Of a DNA stretch of 64,000 nt, positions 9,180-19,407 are shown in pieces. Below the pieces are notes generated by a model that was not told the DNA's origin, searched no databases, and was given only the letters and a program-made list of their open reading frames with translations. This DNA comes from an uncultured virus (IMG/VR IMGVR_UViG_3300027668_000012) (taxonomy: Duplodnaviria; Heunggongvirae; Uroviricota; Caudoviricetes), in the IMG/VR virus record IMGVR_UViG_3300027668_000012, positions 1-64,000 of that record. One strand, written 5' to 3'. The position numbers were made by a program, and so were the translations under genes. The number at the start of each line of letters is the position of its first letter. The first letter of the stretch is position 1.

Positions 9180-10009
9180 CGTGCGATAGTTTTTACGGAG
9201 ATGATATTAATAGGTTCTTTTTTGGGACTATTGTTAATAACAATGATGTTTTTTTATCTTTAGGCAGAGTTCAAATTAGAATTACTGGTATTCACAGTAA
9301 GGACATAAAAAATTCTGATCTTCCTTGGGCATCAGTTGTAGTTCCCACAACAGAACCTGGATTTGGTGGTCATGGATCAAACACTATGTTGGAAACTGGC
9401 GCACAAGTATTTGGTGTGTTCTTAGACGGCACAGATTCACAAGTACCATTAGTCTTAGGTACTATTCCTTCTATAATGCGTCCGTCTAGTGAATGCGAAT
9501 CAGTTTTTTCTGGCGAAACATACCAATTGCCACCTTTAAGACCGCCTGGATTATCTGGTGAATCATTGGTTAGTGACTTAGAAGGTAGTACAAATGCAGA
9601 GAAAAGTTTTAACTTTTTTACAGACCGAGGGTTTACTTTAGAACAAGCTGCTGGACTTGTAGGTAACTTTGCGGCAGAATCAGGTGTCTCTATTAGTCCG
9701 ACTGCATTTAATCCAAGTGATGAAGGTAAAGAAGCCTATGGTATAGCACAGTGGAGAGATACTAGATATACTGATCTTATAAACTATTCTCACGAAATCA
9801 ATAAATCAAAAGATTTGTTATCAACACAGCTTTCATTTGTACTGTATGAGCTTGTAGGAAAAGAGAAAAGGGCTTTGTCTAAAATAAGAGCATCTAGTGG
9901 TGTCGATAACGCCGCAATCACAGTAGATAAATATTATGAAAGAAGCGATGGTTCTGCAAGAGATAAAAGAATTGAACTTGCACGCGAAATCTTTAAGAGG
10001 TTCAAATAA
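9176..10009 (+). CDS. gp5: gp5 N-terminal OB-fold fused to a phage tail lysozyme domain
   Basis: LGRVQIRITGIH...LPWA...VFGVFLDG..SQVPLVLG (Gp5_OB); C-terminal QAAGLVGNFAAESG...AYGIAQW (Phage_lysozyme2-type). Start taken at ATG 9176 (ATGA overlap). Confidence 0.8.
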   Translation: MTCDSFYGDDINRFFFGTIVNNNDVFLSLGRVQIRITGIHSKDIKNSDLPWASVVVPTTEPGFGGHGSNTMLETGAQVFGVFLDGTDSQVPLVLGTIPSIMRPSSECESVFSGETYQLPPLRPPGLSGESLVSDLEGSTNAEKSFNFFTDRGFTLEQAAGLVGNFAAESGVSISPTAFNPSDEGKEAYGIAQWRDTRYTDLINYSHEINKSKDLLSTQLSFVLYELVGKEKRALSKIRASSGVDNAAITVDKYYERSDGSARDKRIELAREIFKRFK

Positions 10010-11574
10010 TGGTTACTACTCCTACAGTAAGTTTAAAAAATTTAAATCAAACAATCAAATCTTTAGCCAATACAAATAACTTTGATGTGATTCAAACTGC
10101 CGCTATATCTGCGCAATCAAAGTTTACTGCCTTACAGTCAACACAGGTTGGGCTTACTGTTGGTAAAATTCATGGTGGTTGGAAAGCATTGACGCAAGAG
10201 ATTGATGGATTAGTTGAAGCAGATACTACTGTTATTAACAAAGGAGTTGCTTTACTTGAAGAAAATCCTCAAGGTGTAAATCTTACGAATGATTTTGCTA
10301 GTGGCTCAAGTGATGCTTTAAAAACTATCACAGGACTTTCAGACGATATAAAGATAGGAATTAATAGCACTGTTTTAGCTATGCCCACACCAGAAGCTAT
10401 TGCGTCTGCTTTGCAACAACAATCGGGTCTTGCCTTAGACAAACTGTCAAGTGCAATGGAAAGTGTTGCACCTAATGCTACTAAAGCATTATCATCAAGT
10501 TCAGTTATAAGCCAATTTGCAAGCACTGTCGATGGTTTACCGAGTGGCATTTTTAAAGATTTAGAGACATCAACTAATAATATCACTTCTGGATTAACTA
10601 AGTTTTTTGATCAGGGGTTTAATCAATCTATTAAAGATATAATAGGTGCAACAATAGATCCTATAGGATATGCAATAGGTCAACTAACACAAGACACAGG
10701 CATCATAGTTCCTAACGAGACAAGGAAACAAGTGTCTGCGCTCTTAGATAAAAAAGATTATCTTACAGCCGCAAATCTATTAAATGGTTATTCTAACTTA
10801 ACTGCAATTCAAATTGAAACCGAACTATCTAATATTGACACATCAGTTGGCTCTTTAGTAAATCAATTGAACTCTGTCTATGCAAACCTTGGCATCTCTA
10901 CTGCACCAGTTTATACTATTGGATCACAAAATGGTGAATGGCAAGGTGCTTCGACTGTAATAAAAAGTCCAGCATCTAATAAGAAAGGCTATTCGTTTAG
11001 TATAGTTTCAAGTTTAGATGAATTAGAGGCAGAACTTTCTAATTGTACAAGAGAAATAACTGAGACAGTAATTCACTGGACAGGTAATTTTATTGATCAA
11101 CCACACATTGGTGCAGAAGATATTCATCAATGGCATACAGGTACAGGATTTTCTGGACTAGGTTATCACTATATAATTAAAAGAGACGGAACAATACAAC
11201 GAGGCAGACCTTTAAATATAGAAGGTGCGCATGCAAACGACTTTGGACACAACCAGTACAGTATTGGTATAGCCCACGTTGCAGGTTATAATTGTCTATC
11301 AGGAACAGACAACCCAGAGTCTTTCTTATCATCAGAATCAATTACAGTGGCACAAATGAAAGCACAGAAAGATTTCCTAAGAATATTCTATAAAGTATTT
11401 CAGAGTGGACAAGTATTAGGTCATAATCAATGTACAGAAAACAACGACATCGATCCTGGGTTTGACGTTGACGCATATATACTAAACACCTTTAGTAAAT
11501 CAAACGCAGTACAATACAATAATAATCTAGGACCTTTAAGTAGGTCTGCATTGATTACAGCGAGACAGAATTAA
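10009..11574 (+). CDS. virion protein with C-terminal N-acetylmuramoyl-L-alanine amidase (Amidase_2, T7 lysozyme-like)
   Basis: VIHWT, IHQWH, LGYHYIIKRDGTIQRGRP, GAHA, SIGI, GHNQ, DPGF: His/His/Asp Zn-ligand pattern. Confidence 0.8.
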   Translation: MVTTPTVSLKNLNQTIKSLANTNNFDVIQTAAISAQSKFTALQSTQVGLTVGKIHGGWKALTQEIDGLVEADTTVINKGVALLEENPQGVNLTNDFASGSSDALKTITGLSDDIKIGINSTVLAMPTPEAIASALQQQSGLALDKLSSAMESVAPNATKALSSSSVISQFASTVDGLPSGIFKDLETSTNNITSGLTKFFDQGFNQSIKDIIGATIDPIGYAIGQLTQDTGIIVPNETRKQVSALLDKKDYLTAANLLNGYSNLTAIQIETELSNIDTSVGSLVNQLNSVYANLGISTAPVYTIGSQNGEWQGASTVIKSPASNKKGYSFSIVSSLDELEAELSNCTREITETVIHWTGNFIDQPHIGAEDIHQWHTGTGFSGLGYHYIIKRDGTIQRGRPLNIEGAHANDFGHNQYSIGIAHVAGYNCLSGTDNPESFLSSESITVAQMKAQKDFLRIFYKVFQSGQVLGHNQCTENNDIDPGFDVDAYILNTFSKSNAVQYNNNLGPLSRSALITARQN

Positions 11575-13547
11575 TGACAACATCTAATGATAATCTTAAC
11601 GAAAGACAGCTAAGGCTAGGACCTATTGTAGTTCAGCAGGGCAAAGAGACAGATTTGTATTCTGACGTCACTGGCGTATACCCTCAGTTTAAAAATTGGT
11701 ATACAGGTACGACACCAAGAGTTTCTATTGGTGCAGATTATACAAGTCTCAGCCTTGTTGGTGGATTTGATAAGTTAATAAGTTCTGATCCAGTTCCATC
11801 TCAAAGAACATTGAATAGAGCAACCACGACTGCAACTGGTCATAGCTTTGAAATGGACGACACTCCTGGTAACGAAAGAATAATACTAAAGCACAATTCA
11901 GGTAATGGTGTTGAAATACGCCAAGACGGAAGAATGATAATCGCTTCGGGGTCTCAAATTATATCAGTATCAAAAGATCAACATATCACTATCTTAGGTG
12001 ACGCCAAAATAGTATATGGTGGTAACGTAGATATGGAGATAGCTGGTGATTACAATGTTAAAGTCAATGGTGAATATAAATTAACTGTTGGTGAAGATAA
12101 GATTGAGAATATAGAAGGTTCTTCCAGAACTATTGTAGAAAAGAACACTGGTCATATAACAAAAGGACACGCATCTAAAACTGTTATCAAATCAATGACT
12201 AACACTGTATTAGGTGATATGACACAAGTTATCAAAGGTGTTGCAAGAGTTACATCTCAAGGCGATATGCATCTTTCATCAGGCTCAGTTACGCAAATCA
12301 GTGCTAGAACTAGATTACATCAATCGTCTGCTAATATGAACATTGCGGCAACTAATCTATCAGTCTTTGGTGGAACAGGAACAATTGGTGGTACGGATAT
12401 TACAATGTACGGCAAAGGAGCTACGTTTGTAGCTGGAGTTACTGCACCTACATTCCACGGATCGTTAAAAGGTATAGCACAAATTGCAAGATCACAATCG
12501 TATGCCGCAACTGCAACATCAGGTGGTACTGCTATCACAGATACAGCAACTCCTACAACGGCTGCACCGACGACGGCTATTGTAAATGATTTATTATTCA
12601 ACACAACAATAGGTGCTGTAGATGTTAAAGTAGATATTGACGATCATCTATTAAGAGCATTAGATAAAACAAAAGCTACAGGTGGCTTCTCTACAAAAGA
12701 ATTGAATATACAAGAAGTGCGTGCGGCACTAAGAACTCCTAGTAATAAAACTAATACAGCATTTATTGGTCAAGCAATAGCGTCTGGAATTTTATCTCCA
12801 TCATATGCAAAAACCAACCCACCAAATTTAGTTGAGATTAAAAGTAAAAAGTCGTCACCAAGAACTAGTAGAAATTCTGCTGGCAGTGCATCAAGAGGTA
12901 ATAACATTGCTTTTGTTGTGCCAGATACTAATCCAAGTGTTAATTATCAACCAGAGATAGTTATAAAAAACGATGCTATTATTAATAATAAAACTAAGTT
13001 GTCAGGATCAATAACCTTGGCGACATATACTGGTGCTAAAGGTGCGACTGGAATAATATCTCAAGTTCCTAAAAAAGATAGAGCGCAGATAGCCAGAAAT
13101 TTTCAAGTGAACGCTGATATATTACAAAAGTATAATGACCCTCAATTTAAGAATGAGATGCATAATTATAGAATAGTTGTAATAGAAGGTCTTTACAATG
13201 TAAGACCAAACGATGTTGCATCAAAAGGGTGGTCAGATAGTGTTAATAAATACAAGTCAGAAGGACGTGCGGCTGTATGGGAAATACAAAACGAGTCTGG
13301 TATTGTAGATATTGAAAAAACGTTTTGGCTTGCTGATCTTTTAAAAGATTTAGCCACTACACAGAAAATAATATTAGACTATGATAGCTATGATCCTAAA
13401 GTGCCATTAAGTTGTCAGTTGATAATCATAAGCCCTATGTTAAACGAAAGTTATGATGTGACTGATGGTAATTTTAAAAGCGAAGTAGAAACAAGATATA
13501 ATGGTAATGTGTTATCTTCTAGTGATTTAATTTTACATGAATTATAA
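11574..13547 (+). CDS. gp5: gp5 C-terminal part (beta-helix spike) with extra C-terminal domain
   Basis: GHSFEMDDTPGNERIILKHNSG followed by V.G-periodic beta-helix repeats. Confidence 0.75.
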   Translation: MTTSNDNLNERQLRLGPIVVQQGKETDLYSDVTGVYPQFKNWYTGTTPRVSIGADYTSLSLVGGFDKLISSDPVPSQRTLNRATTTATGHSFEMDDTPGNERIILKHNSGNGVEIRQDGRMIIASGSQIISVSKDQHITILGDAKIVYGGNVDMEIAGDYNVKVNGEYKLTVGEDKIENIEGSSRTIVEKNTGHITKGHASKTVIKSMTNTVLGDMTQVIKGVARVTSQGDMHLSSGSVTQISARTRLHQSSANMNIAATNLSVFGGTGTIGGTDITMYGKGATFVAGVTAPTFHGSLKGIAQIARSQSYAATATSGGTAITDTATPTTAAPTTAIVNDLLFNTTIGAVDVKVDIDDHLLRALDKTKATGGFSTKELNIQEVRAALRTPSNKTNTAFIGQAIASGILSPSYAKTNPPNLVEIKSKKSSPRTSRNSAGSASRGNNIAFVVPDTNPSVNYQPEIVIKNDAIINNKTKLSGSITLATYTGAKGATGIISQVPKKDRAQIARNFQVNADILQKYNDPQFKNEMHNYRIVVIEGLYNVRPNDVASKGWSDSVNKYKSEGRAAVWEIQNESGIVDIEKTFWLADLLKDLATTQKIILDYDSYDPKVPLSCQLIIISPMLNESYDVTDGNFKSEVETRYNGNVLSSSDLILHEL

Positions 13548-13563
13548 GATTAGTAATAAGTGT

Positions 13564-13571
13564 TATAAATA
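13564..13571 (+). promoter_or_regulatory. T4-type late promoter
   Basis: TATAAATA upstream of gp25. Confidence 0.75.
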
Positions 13572-13603
13572 AACTTAATTAGTAATGATTCTAAAAGAGC
13601 TGA

Positions 13604-13663
13604 GTATATACTGGGCTTCATATATTACTTCTTTATTATATACACGTTATACTAAGTTGTCAA
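13604..13663 (-). promoter_or_regulatory. antisense consensus sigma70 promoter element, copy A
   Basis: TTGACA-N17-TATAAT on the minus strand; shares a 25-nt identical block with 53572..53596. Confidence 0.7.
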
Positions 13664-13691
13664 CCCTAAAGTTAATAAAAAGCGAATAAAA

Positions 13692-14135
13692 ATGGTATCA
13701 AGAGCATTTTCAGTGGAAGACGGCAACTTAGGTGCTAGATCTATTGTAACAACTCGTAATAAATTGTTCAGTGATATAGATTTAACATTTGCAAAGAAAC
13801 CTTCTGGTGAAATATTCAAGAAGACAGATGCAGCGGCTGTTAAACAAGCTGTTAAGAACCTACTATTGACTAATAAATATGAGAAGCCTTTTCAACCTAG
13901 TTTTGGTGGGGATTTAAACAACATTCTTTTTCAATTAGCAGATAACGACAGCATATTCGAAATTGATACTGTCATTAGATCAGTTCTAAATAGATACGAA
14001 CCAAGAGCAAAAGTAAAAAACGTCGTTACTAATCTACAACCTGATGCTAATAGTATCAGTATCAGCTTAACATTTCAAGTAGTAAGCTCCGATGAGATTG
14101 TAACACTCGAAACAAACATAACGAGGCTAAGATAA
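13692..14135 (+). CDS. gp25: baseplate wedge subunit
   Basis: SDIDLTF, AVKQAVKNLLLT..YEKPFQPSFG, RYEPRA. Confidence 0.92.
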   Translation: MVSRAFSVEDGNLGARSIVTTRNKLFSDIDLTFAKKPSGEIFKKTDAAAVKQAVKNLLLTNKYEKPFQPSFGGDLNNILFQLADNDSIFEIDTVIRSVLNRYEPRAKVKNVVTNLQPDANSISISLTFQVVSSDEIVTLETNITRLR

Positions 14136-14136
14136 T

Positions 14137-15972
14137 ATGGCTACTAATATCAAGTCAACCCAACTCGACTTTGCAACAATCAAAACAAGTCTTAAAACGC
14201 ACTTGTCACAACAAACCGAGTTCGCTGATTATAACTTTGAAGCATCTGGATTATCAAACATACTTGATGTCTTGGCACACAACACTCACTTCAATGGGTT
14301 AGTTGCAAACTTTGCCCTTAATGAATCATTTTTAAATACAGCACAATTACGATCATCTGTTGTGTCACATGCAGAAACACTTGGATACAATCCAAAATCA
14401 ATTACTTCTGCAACTGCACACGTAGCTCTATCGACTACTATTACTGCTGTAGGCAGACCAGCTACAATAACGCTACCAAAGTATTCTACTTTTACTACAA
14501 GTGTTGATGACATTTCATACACATTCTATACGCTTGAGGCACACACTGCTACTGATGACGGCACAGGTAACTATTCTTTCCTAAGTGCTCTTGGTACTAC
14601 GGCAATACCTTTAGTCGAAGGCACTCTAAAAACAAAAACATTCTATGTTGGTTCAGCCACAGATCGTCAGATTTATGTCATTCCTGAAACGTCCATTGAT
14701 ACAAAAACTGTTGCAATAAACGTATTCACTTCATCAGCTTCTTCTGATTTCATTGTGTACTCGGAATTACATAAGGCAATTACAGTTGACACAAGTTCAA
14801 GGCTTTTCCAATTAAGAGAATCCCCTAATGCTTTCTATGAATTATCATTCAGTGACGGCATTACAACTGGACTAGCTCCTGTTGCTGGCAATAAGATCGT
14901 TGTGTCGTACTTATCCTCTAAAGGTGCATTGTCAAATGGTGGTGCTACATACACTCCAACTAACACAATCACAGTTGATGGTACTGCTTATACTATTGTA
15001 TCAACGACATCTACAGTCGCAAGTGGCGGTGCAGACAAAGAAACAATAGAGTCTATTAGATCAAATGCTCCTATTGCATTCTCTGCTCAAAACAGACTTG
15101 TTACTGCCGACGACTATAAGGCTTTAATTCTTTCAAAATATCCAGCTGTATCTGATTGTATTGCTTGGGGCGGAGAAGATAACTTACCTACACCAGAATA
15201 TGGTAAAGTGTTTGTATCTCTCAAGTTTCCTGATACGACATCAGCCGCATCAAAGGTTGCTACTCAAGATGAAATCATAACTAATCTTATTAAGCCTTTG
15301 GCTATTATGACAATAGATACAAAGTTTGTTGATCCTGTTATAACGTTTCTTGAAACATCGACATTGTTTAACTTCAACCCTAATAAAACCAACGTCACAT
15401 TAAAAAGTGCCGAAACTAATGTTGCTACGATTGTGTCAAACTACTTTACAACTAATCTAAACGCATTCGGTAAAACATTCAGAAGGTCTAATTTACTTAC
15501 AGAGATTGATAACATAGGTGACTCTATTTTAAATTCAAAAATAGACCTAAAGTTGCAACGAAGGTTTGTGCCTACATTGGCAACATCCAAGGCATACGAT
15601 GTCACTTTCCCTGTCCAACTCGCCGTACCAGACGATGTTCACTATATTGTCAGTTCTAACACATTTACATTTAATAGTAAGCTATGTACTATACGCAATC
15701 TATTAAGTTCTACACAACTTCAAGTTGTTGATGCAGATGGTGGTATTCAAATCAGTAACGTGGGTACTTACAATGCTACGACTGGTGTTATTTCAATAAC
15801 AGGGTTTGCACCAGTATCAATTTCTGGTGGAGTTGATTATATTAGAATATCAGTAACTCCTGCAAATCAAGGAACTGTTACACCCCTTAGAAATTATGTA
15901 CTAAATATCGATACAACTAGATCGTTTACTGCTGGTACAGTAGATTACGGCAAGACACAAGTAGCCCTATAA
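14137..15972 (+). CDS. gp6: baseplate wedge subunit
   Basis: LDFATIKTSL, DYNFEASGLSNILDVLA, ESFLNTAQLRSSVVSHA, QNRLVTADDY, WGGEDN. Confidence 0.93.
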   Translation: MATNIKSTQLDFATIKTSLKTHLSQQTEFADYNFEASGLSNILDVLAHNTHFNGLVANFALNESFLNTAQLRSSVVSHAETLGYNPKSITSATAHVALSTTITAVGRPATITLPKYSTFTTSVDDISYTFYTLEAHTATDDGTGNYSFLSALGTTAIPLVEGTLKTKTFYVGSATDRQIYVIPETSIDTKTVAINVFTSSASSDFIVYSELHKAITVDTSSRLFQLRESPNAFYELSFSDGITTGLAPVAGNKIVVSYLSSKGALSNGGATYTPTNTITVDGTAYTIVSTTSTVASGGADKETIESIRSNAPIAFSAQNRLVTADDYKALILSKYPAVSDCIAWGGEDNLPTPEYGKVFVSLKFPDTTSAASKVATQDEIITNLIKPLAIMTIDTKFVDPVITFLETSTLFNFNPNKTNVTLKSAETNVATIVSNYFTTNLNAFGKTFRRSNLLTEIDNIGDSILNSKIDLKLQRRFVPTLATSKAYDVTFPVQLAVPDDVHYIVSSNTFTFNSKLCTIRNLLSSTQLQVVDADGGIQISNVGTYNATTGVISITGFAPVSISGGVDYIRISVTPANQGTVTPLRNYVLNIDTTRSFTAGTVDYGKTQVAL

Positions 15973-16967
15973 TGGTTCAACAAACATTACTTGATGAAGA
16001 TCGCAGAGGTCAGAATCTATCGACTAGCAAGATCCGAGAAGTTCTTCCTGAACACTACATAGCCGAGTATCCTAAGCTAGTAAGTTTTCTTGAGAAGTAT
16101 TACGACTATATGGATTCTGATGCAAATCATGGATTTGATAATGATATACAGAACTTATATAAGTTAAGAGACGTAAGGGCAACAGAACTTACCTATCTAA
16201 ATCAGATATTCGGAGAAATCGGTCAAGGTCTTGTGACTGCCGATTACTTTAAAGACCCACGGCTGATAGCTGGTATGCTTGCTGATAACTATAGAATTAA
16301 AGGTTCTTTATCTTCATCTGAAACTTTCTTTAGAACGTTCTATGGAGAGCAACCTGAGATTGTTTATCCTAAAGCTAACCTGTTTATTGTAGGTGAATCT
16401 AAAATTGGTTCTGAATCATTGAGATATATTCAGAATGGTGCGCTATATCAAGTATTATCTATATTAGTTCGTTCATCAGTACCAATTGCAAAGTGGAGAG
16501 ACTTATACAAATCGTTTGTGCATCCATCAGGCTTTTTTCTTGGTGGTGAAGTTATTCTTGAAAGTCTAGGAAACCTAAACTTAGGAACTCAACCTTTGGC
16601 TATCTTAGATAGTGATGCTGGTCAAGTTACATTACAACTTACAGGCACTCCATTAAGTATGACTGCCTTCACTTCTATCACTGGTATCTTTGATGATACA
16701 AGCGATTCAGGTCTTAATAAAGAACGTGTTGATCTTAATGCAACTGTTAAGGTATACAGCGAACTTACTGTTGCACAGTTTGATGCTATGTACAACGATA
16801 TTGAAGATGCTATTGACGCCAACTCACCTAGGTTCGATGAAGATAGTGACGGAACAATTAAAGCGGTTAAATTCTCTAACACATTCGAGACTATGGATCA
16901 ATCGTACTTTGACGGCAAGCATGGCTCTGTATTTGCAGACTCAGCTGGTGGTATATTAACTAGATAA
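15972..16967 (+). CDS. gp7: baseplate wedge protein (short gp7-like)
   Basis: LPEH...YPKLVSFLEKYY, YRIKGS...FFRTFYG, WRDLYKSFVHPSGF; follows gp6. Confidence 0.65.
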   Translation: MVQQTLLDEDRRGQNLSTSKIREVLPEHYIAEYPKLVSFLEKYYDYMDSDANHGFDNDIQNLYKLRDVRATELTYLNQIFGEIGQGLVTADYFKDPRLIAGMLADNYRIKGSLSSSETFFRTFYGEQPEIVYPKANLFIVGESKIGSESLRYIQNGALYQVLSILVRSSVPIAKWRDLYKSFVHPSGFFLGGEVILESLGNLNLGTQPLAILDSDAGQVTLQLTGTPLSMTAFTSITGIFDDTSDSGLNKERVDLNATVKVYSELTVAQFDAMYNDIEDAIDANSPRFDEDSDGTIKAVKFSNTFETMDQSYFDGKHGSVFADSAGGILTR

Positions 16968-17003
16968 AACAATAAGACTTGGCAAATCAACTCATATAAC
17001 TGT

Positions 17004-17011
17004 TATAAATA
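17004..17011 (+). promoter_or_regulatory. T4-type late promoter
   Basis: TATAAATA upstream of the gp9-like gene. Confidence 0.75.
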
Positions 17012-17043
17012 ACATTAATTAAAGCTTAAAGGATTAAAATTTA

Positions 17044-18033
17044 ATGACTAGGCAAAACATATCGATTGGAGCGGCTGCTAATGACGGCACAGGCGAAACT
17101 TTACGTTCTGCTGGTACTAAAATTAATTCCAATTTTGTAGAACTTTTTCAGAAATTAGGCGGAGACAGTGATGTTCTTTCGGCTGGTATCACTCTGACTT
17201 CAAACTCTATTGTCTTTGAAGGCGCATCTGCCGATAGCTTTGAAACAACATTACTTGTAACAGACCCGACTGCTGACAGAACAATAACAATACCCGATGC
17301 TGGTGGCACTGTAACATTAGATACAGGAACTTCAACGCTAACAAATAAGACTTTGACTTCTCCTGTCATAACAACACCACAAATTAATGACACGTCTGCC
17401 GATCACCAGTATGTGTTTGCTGTAAGTGAATTGAGTGCTGATAGGACTGTGACTTTACCTTTGTTGGCTGGAAATGATACGTTTGCTTTTGCTGGGTTTG
17501 CACAGACATTTACTAACAAGACTTTGACATCTCCTGTAATAAACACAGGTAAGTATGGCACGTCTTTAAATGACACTAATGGTAATGAGTTAGTTAAAGT
17601 AACTGCAACAGGTTCAGCAGTTAATGAAGTAACATTAGCCAATGCCGCAACAGGTAATAGTCCTACGATTATTGCAAGTGGTGGTGATACTAATGTTAAT
17701 GTTACAATTGGTGGTAAGGGTACTGGTTCTGCTGTACTTAATAAGCACGCAATCACATCTGCAACAATAACTGCAAATGGTGCGGCCTCTGCAACAGTAG
17801 GCTATATAATCTGTAATAAAGGTTCTGCATTAGCAGTGTCTTTAGCCGATGGTACAACAGTCGGTGAATCTAAAATATTTACAAACAAAGGAGCTGGAGT
17901 AGCTACTGTAACCCCTGCAAATTATGCACAGGGTTCTACATTTGCGCTAGCTCAATATGACGGCGCAACAGTTATCTGGGATGGTGCTAATTGGTATCTC
18001 GTTGGTAATCAATCAAGCGTTACAGTAGCTTAA
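17044..18033 (+). CDS. baseplate tail-fibre connector (gp9/gp10-like N-terminus)
   Basis: N-terminal QNISIGAAANDGTGETLRSAGTKINSNFVELF; LTNKTLTSP repeats. Confidence 0.7.
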   Translation: MTRQNISIGAAANDGTGETLRSAGTKINSNFVELFQKLGGDSDVLSAGITLTSNSIVFEGASADSFETTLLVTDPTADRTITIPDAGGTVTLDTGTSTLTNKTLTSPVITTPQINDTSADHQYVFAVSELSADRTVTLPLLAGNDTFAFAGFAQTFTNKTLTSPVINTGKYGTSLNDTNGNELVKVTATGSAVNEVTLANAATGNSPTIIASGGDTNVNVTIGGKGTGSAVLNKHAITSATITANGAASATVGYIICNKGSALAVSLADGTTVGESKIFTNKGAGVATVTPANYAQGSTFALAQYDGATVIWDGANWYLVGNQSSVTVA

Positions 18034-18045
18034 TAGGAAAAACAA

Positions 18046-19395
18046 ATGACAGGCATTATTACTGACAGTTTAAAAAGGGTACTTCTTGATAGTCTTATCG
18101 CAGAAGTTGGAACAACAGCAGCATCTTATTATATCGGTATAGGTAACTCTATCGATTGGGATAGTTCAGACACAGCTCCAACACCTGTTAATACTTTAAG
18201 AGAAGAACGTAATTTAAGATTGCAACTTCAATCAATTAAATCTGGTGAAGACGTTTCTTATGTTGTTCCTAGAAATAACTGGACAGCTGGTACACTTTAT
18301 GATGGTTGGGACGATAACATAGCTTCGCATCCTACTACACCATACTTTGTTATCACAGACGATAATGCAGTGTATATTTGCCTACAACAAGGTAAAGACT
18401 CGACTGGTGCGGCTGTAGCATCTACTGTAGAACCAACTGGCTCTGCAACATCATCATTCTTATTAGCCGATGGTTACACTTGGAAATTCCTTTACACCCT
18501 TTCTGCTACAGACGCAAACAAGTTTCTTTCTGCAAACTTTGTTCCTGTAAAATTGATTGGGACAACAGACAGTTCGTCAGCGGCGGCTTTAGTAGAACAA
18601 AAGGGCGTACAGACAGCGGCAATATCAGGTCAAATCGGTAGTATTCGTGTTGTATCTGGTGGTACTGGTTATTCATCAATTCCTACAGTCACAGTAGTTG
18701 GTGATGGTGACAGTTGTACAGCCACGGCAATTATAAGTGGTGGCGCAGTCGTAGACATCCTATTAGATTCAAATGGTACTGGTGGCATTAGACACGGACA
18801 TGATTTCACTAAAGCTACTATAACATTCGGTGCTGGTTCTGCTACGGCACGTGCTGTACTTTCTCCTAATAAGGGTTTTGGTGCAAACGCTTTAAATGAC
18901 CTTAGAGCAAAGGCTGTTATGTTCAATACAAAACCAGCTGGCAATGAAACAAACACATTTATAACTGATAATGATTTCCGTCAAGTAGCTTTAATTAAAA
19001 ATCCATTAGTCCCTACAACTGATTCCGACTTTACAGCGGCATCTGGATTTGCTCTTAAAAGTTTATTAGTAGCATCACAGACGACAGCATTCACTCCTGA
19101 TAATACTATCTTAGGTGGGTCTTCTGGTGCTAAAGCATACGTTGATACATATAGCACATCGACTAAGATAATACGTTACCATCAGACAGAGGACACAGGC
19201 TTTACTGCATTTACAACTGCCGAAGCCTTGACTGAGACAGATGGTAATGGTGCTGGAACACTAGATAGTGCAAGTACATGGACAACTCCAAACATTAACA
19301 TAAATTCAGGTGAAGTGTTGTATGTTGAAAATAGAGCCGCTATTACTAGAGCCACAGACCAAACCGAAGATATTAAAATCGTAATTCAATTGTAA
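18046..19395 (+). CDS. gp8: baseplate wedge subunit
   Basis: VVPRNNWTAGT.Y, VYICL, DGYTWKFLY, NDFRQVALIKNP, SGEVLYVENRAAITRATDQTEDIKIVIQL. Confidence 0.9.
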   Translation: MTGIITDSLKRVLLDSLIAEVGTTAASYYIGIGNSIDWDSSDTAPTPVNTLREERNLRLQLQSIKSGEDVSYVVPRNNWTAGTLYDGWDDNIASHPTTPYFVITDDNAVYICLQQGKDSTGAAVASTVEPTGSATSSFLLADGYTWKFLYTLSATDANKFLSANFVPVKLIGTTDSSSAAALVEQKGVQTAAISGQIGSIRVVSGGTGYSSIPTVTVVGDGDSCTATAIISGGAVVDILLDSNGTGGIRHGHDFTKATITFGAGSATARAVLSPNKGFGANALNDLRAKAVMFNTKPAGNETNTFITDNDFRQVALIKNPLVPTTDSDFTAASGFALKSLLVASQTTAFTPDNTILGGSSGAKAYVDTYSTSTKIIRYHQTEDTGFTAFTTAEALTETDGNGAGTLDSASTWTTPNININSGEVLYVENRAAITRATDQTEDIKIVIQL

Positions 19396-19407
19396 GAAGA
19401 GAAAATA

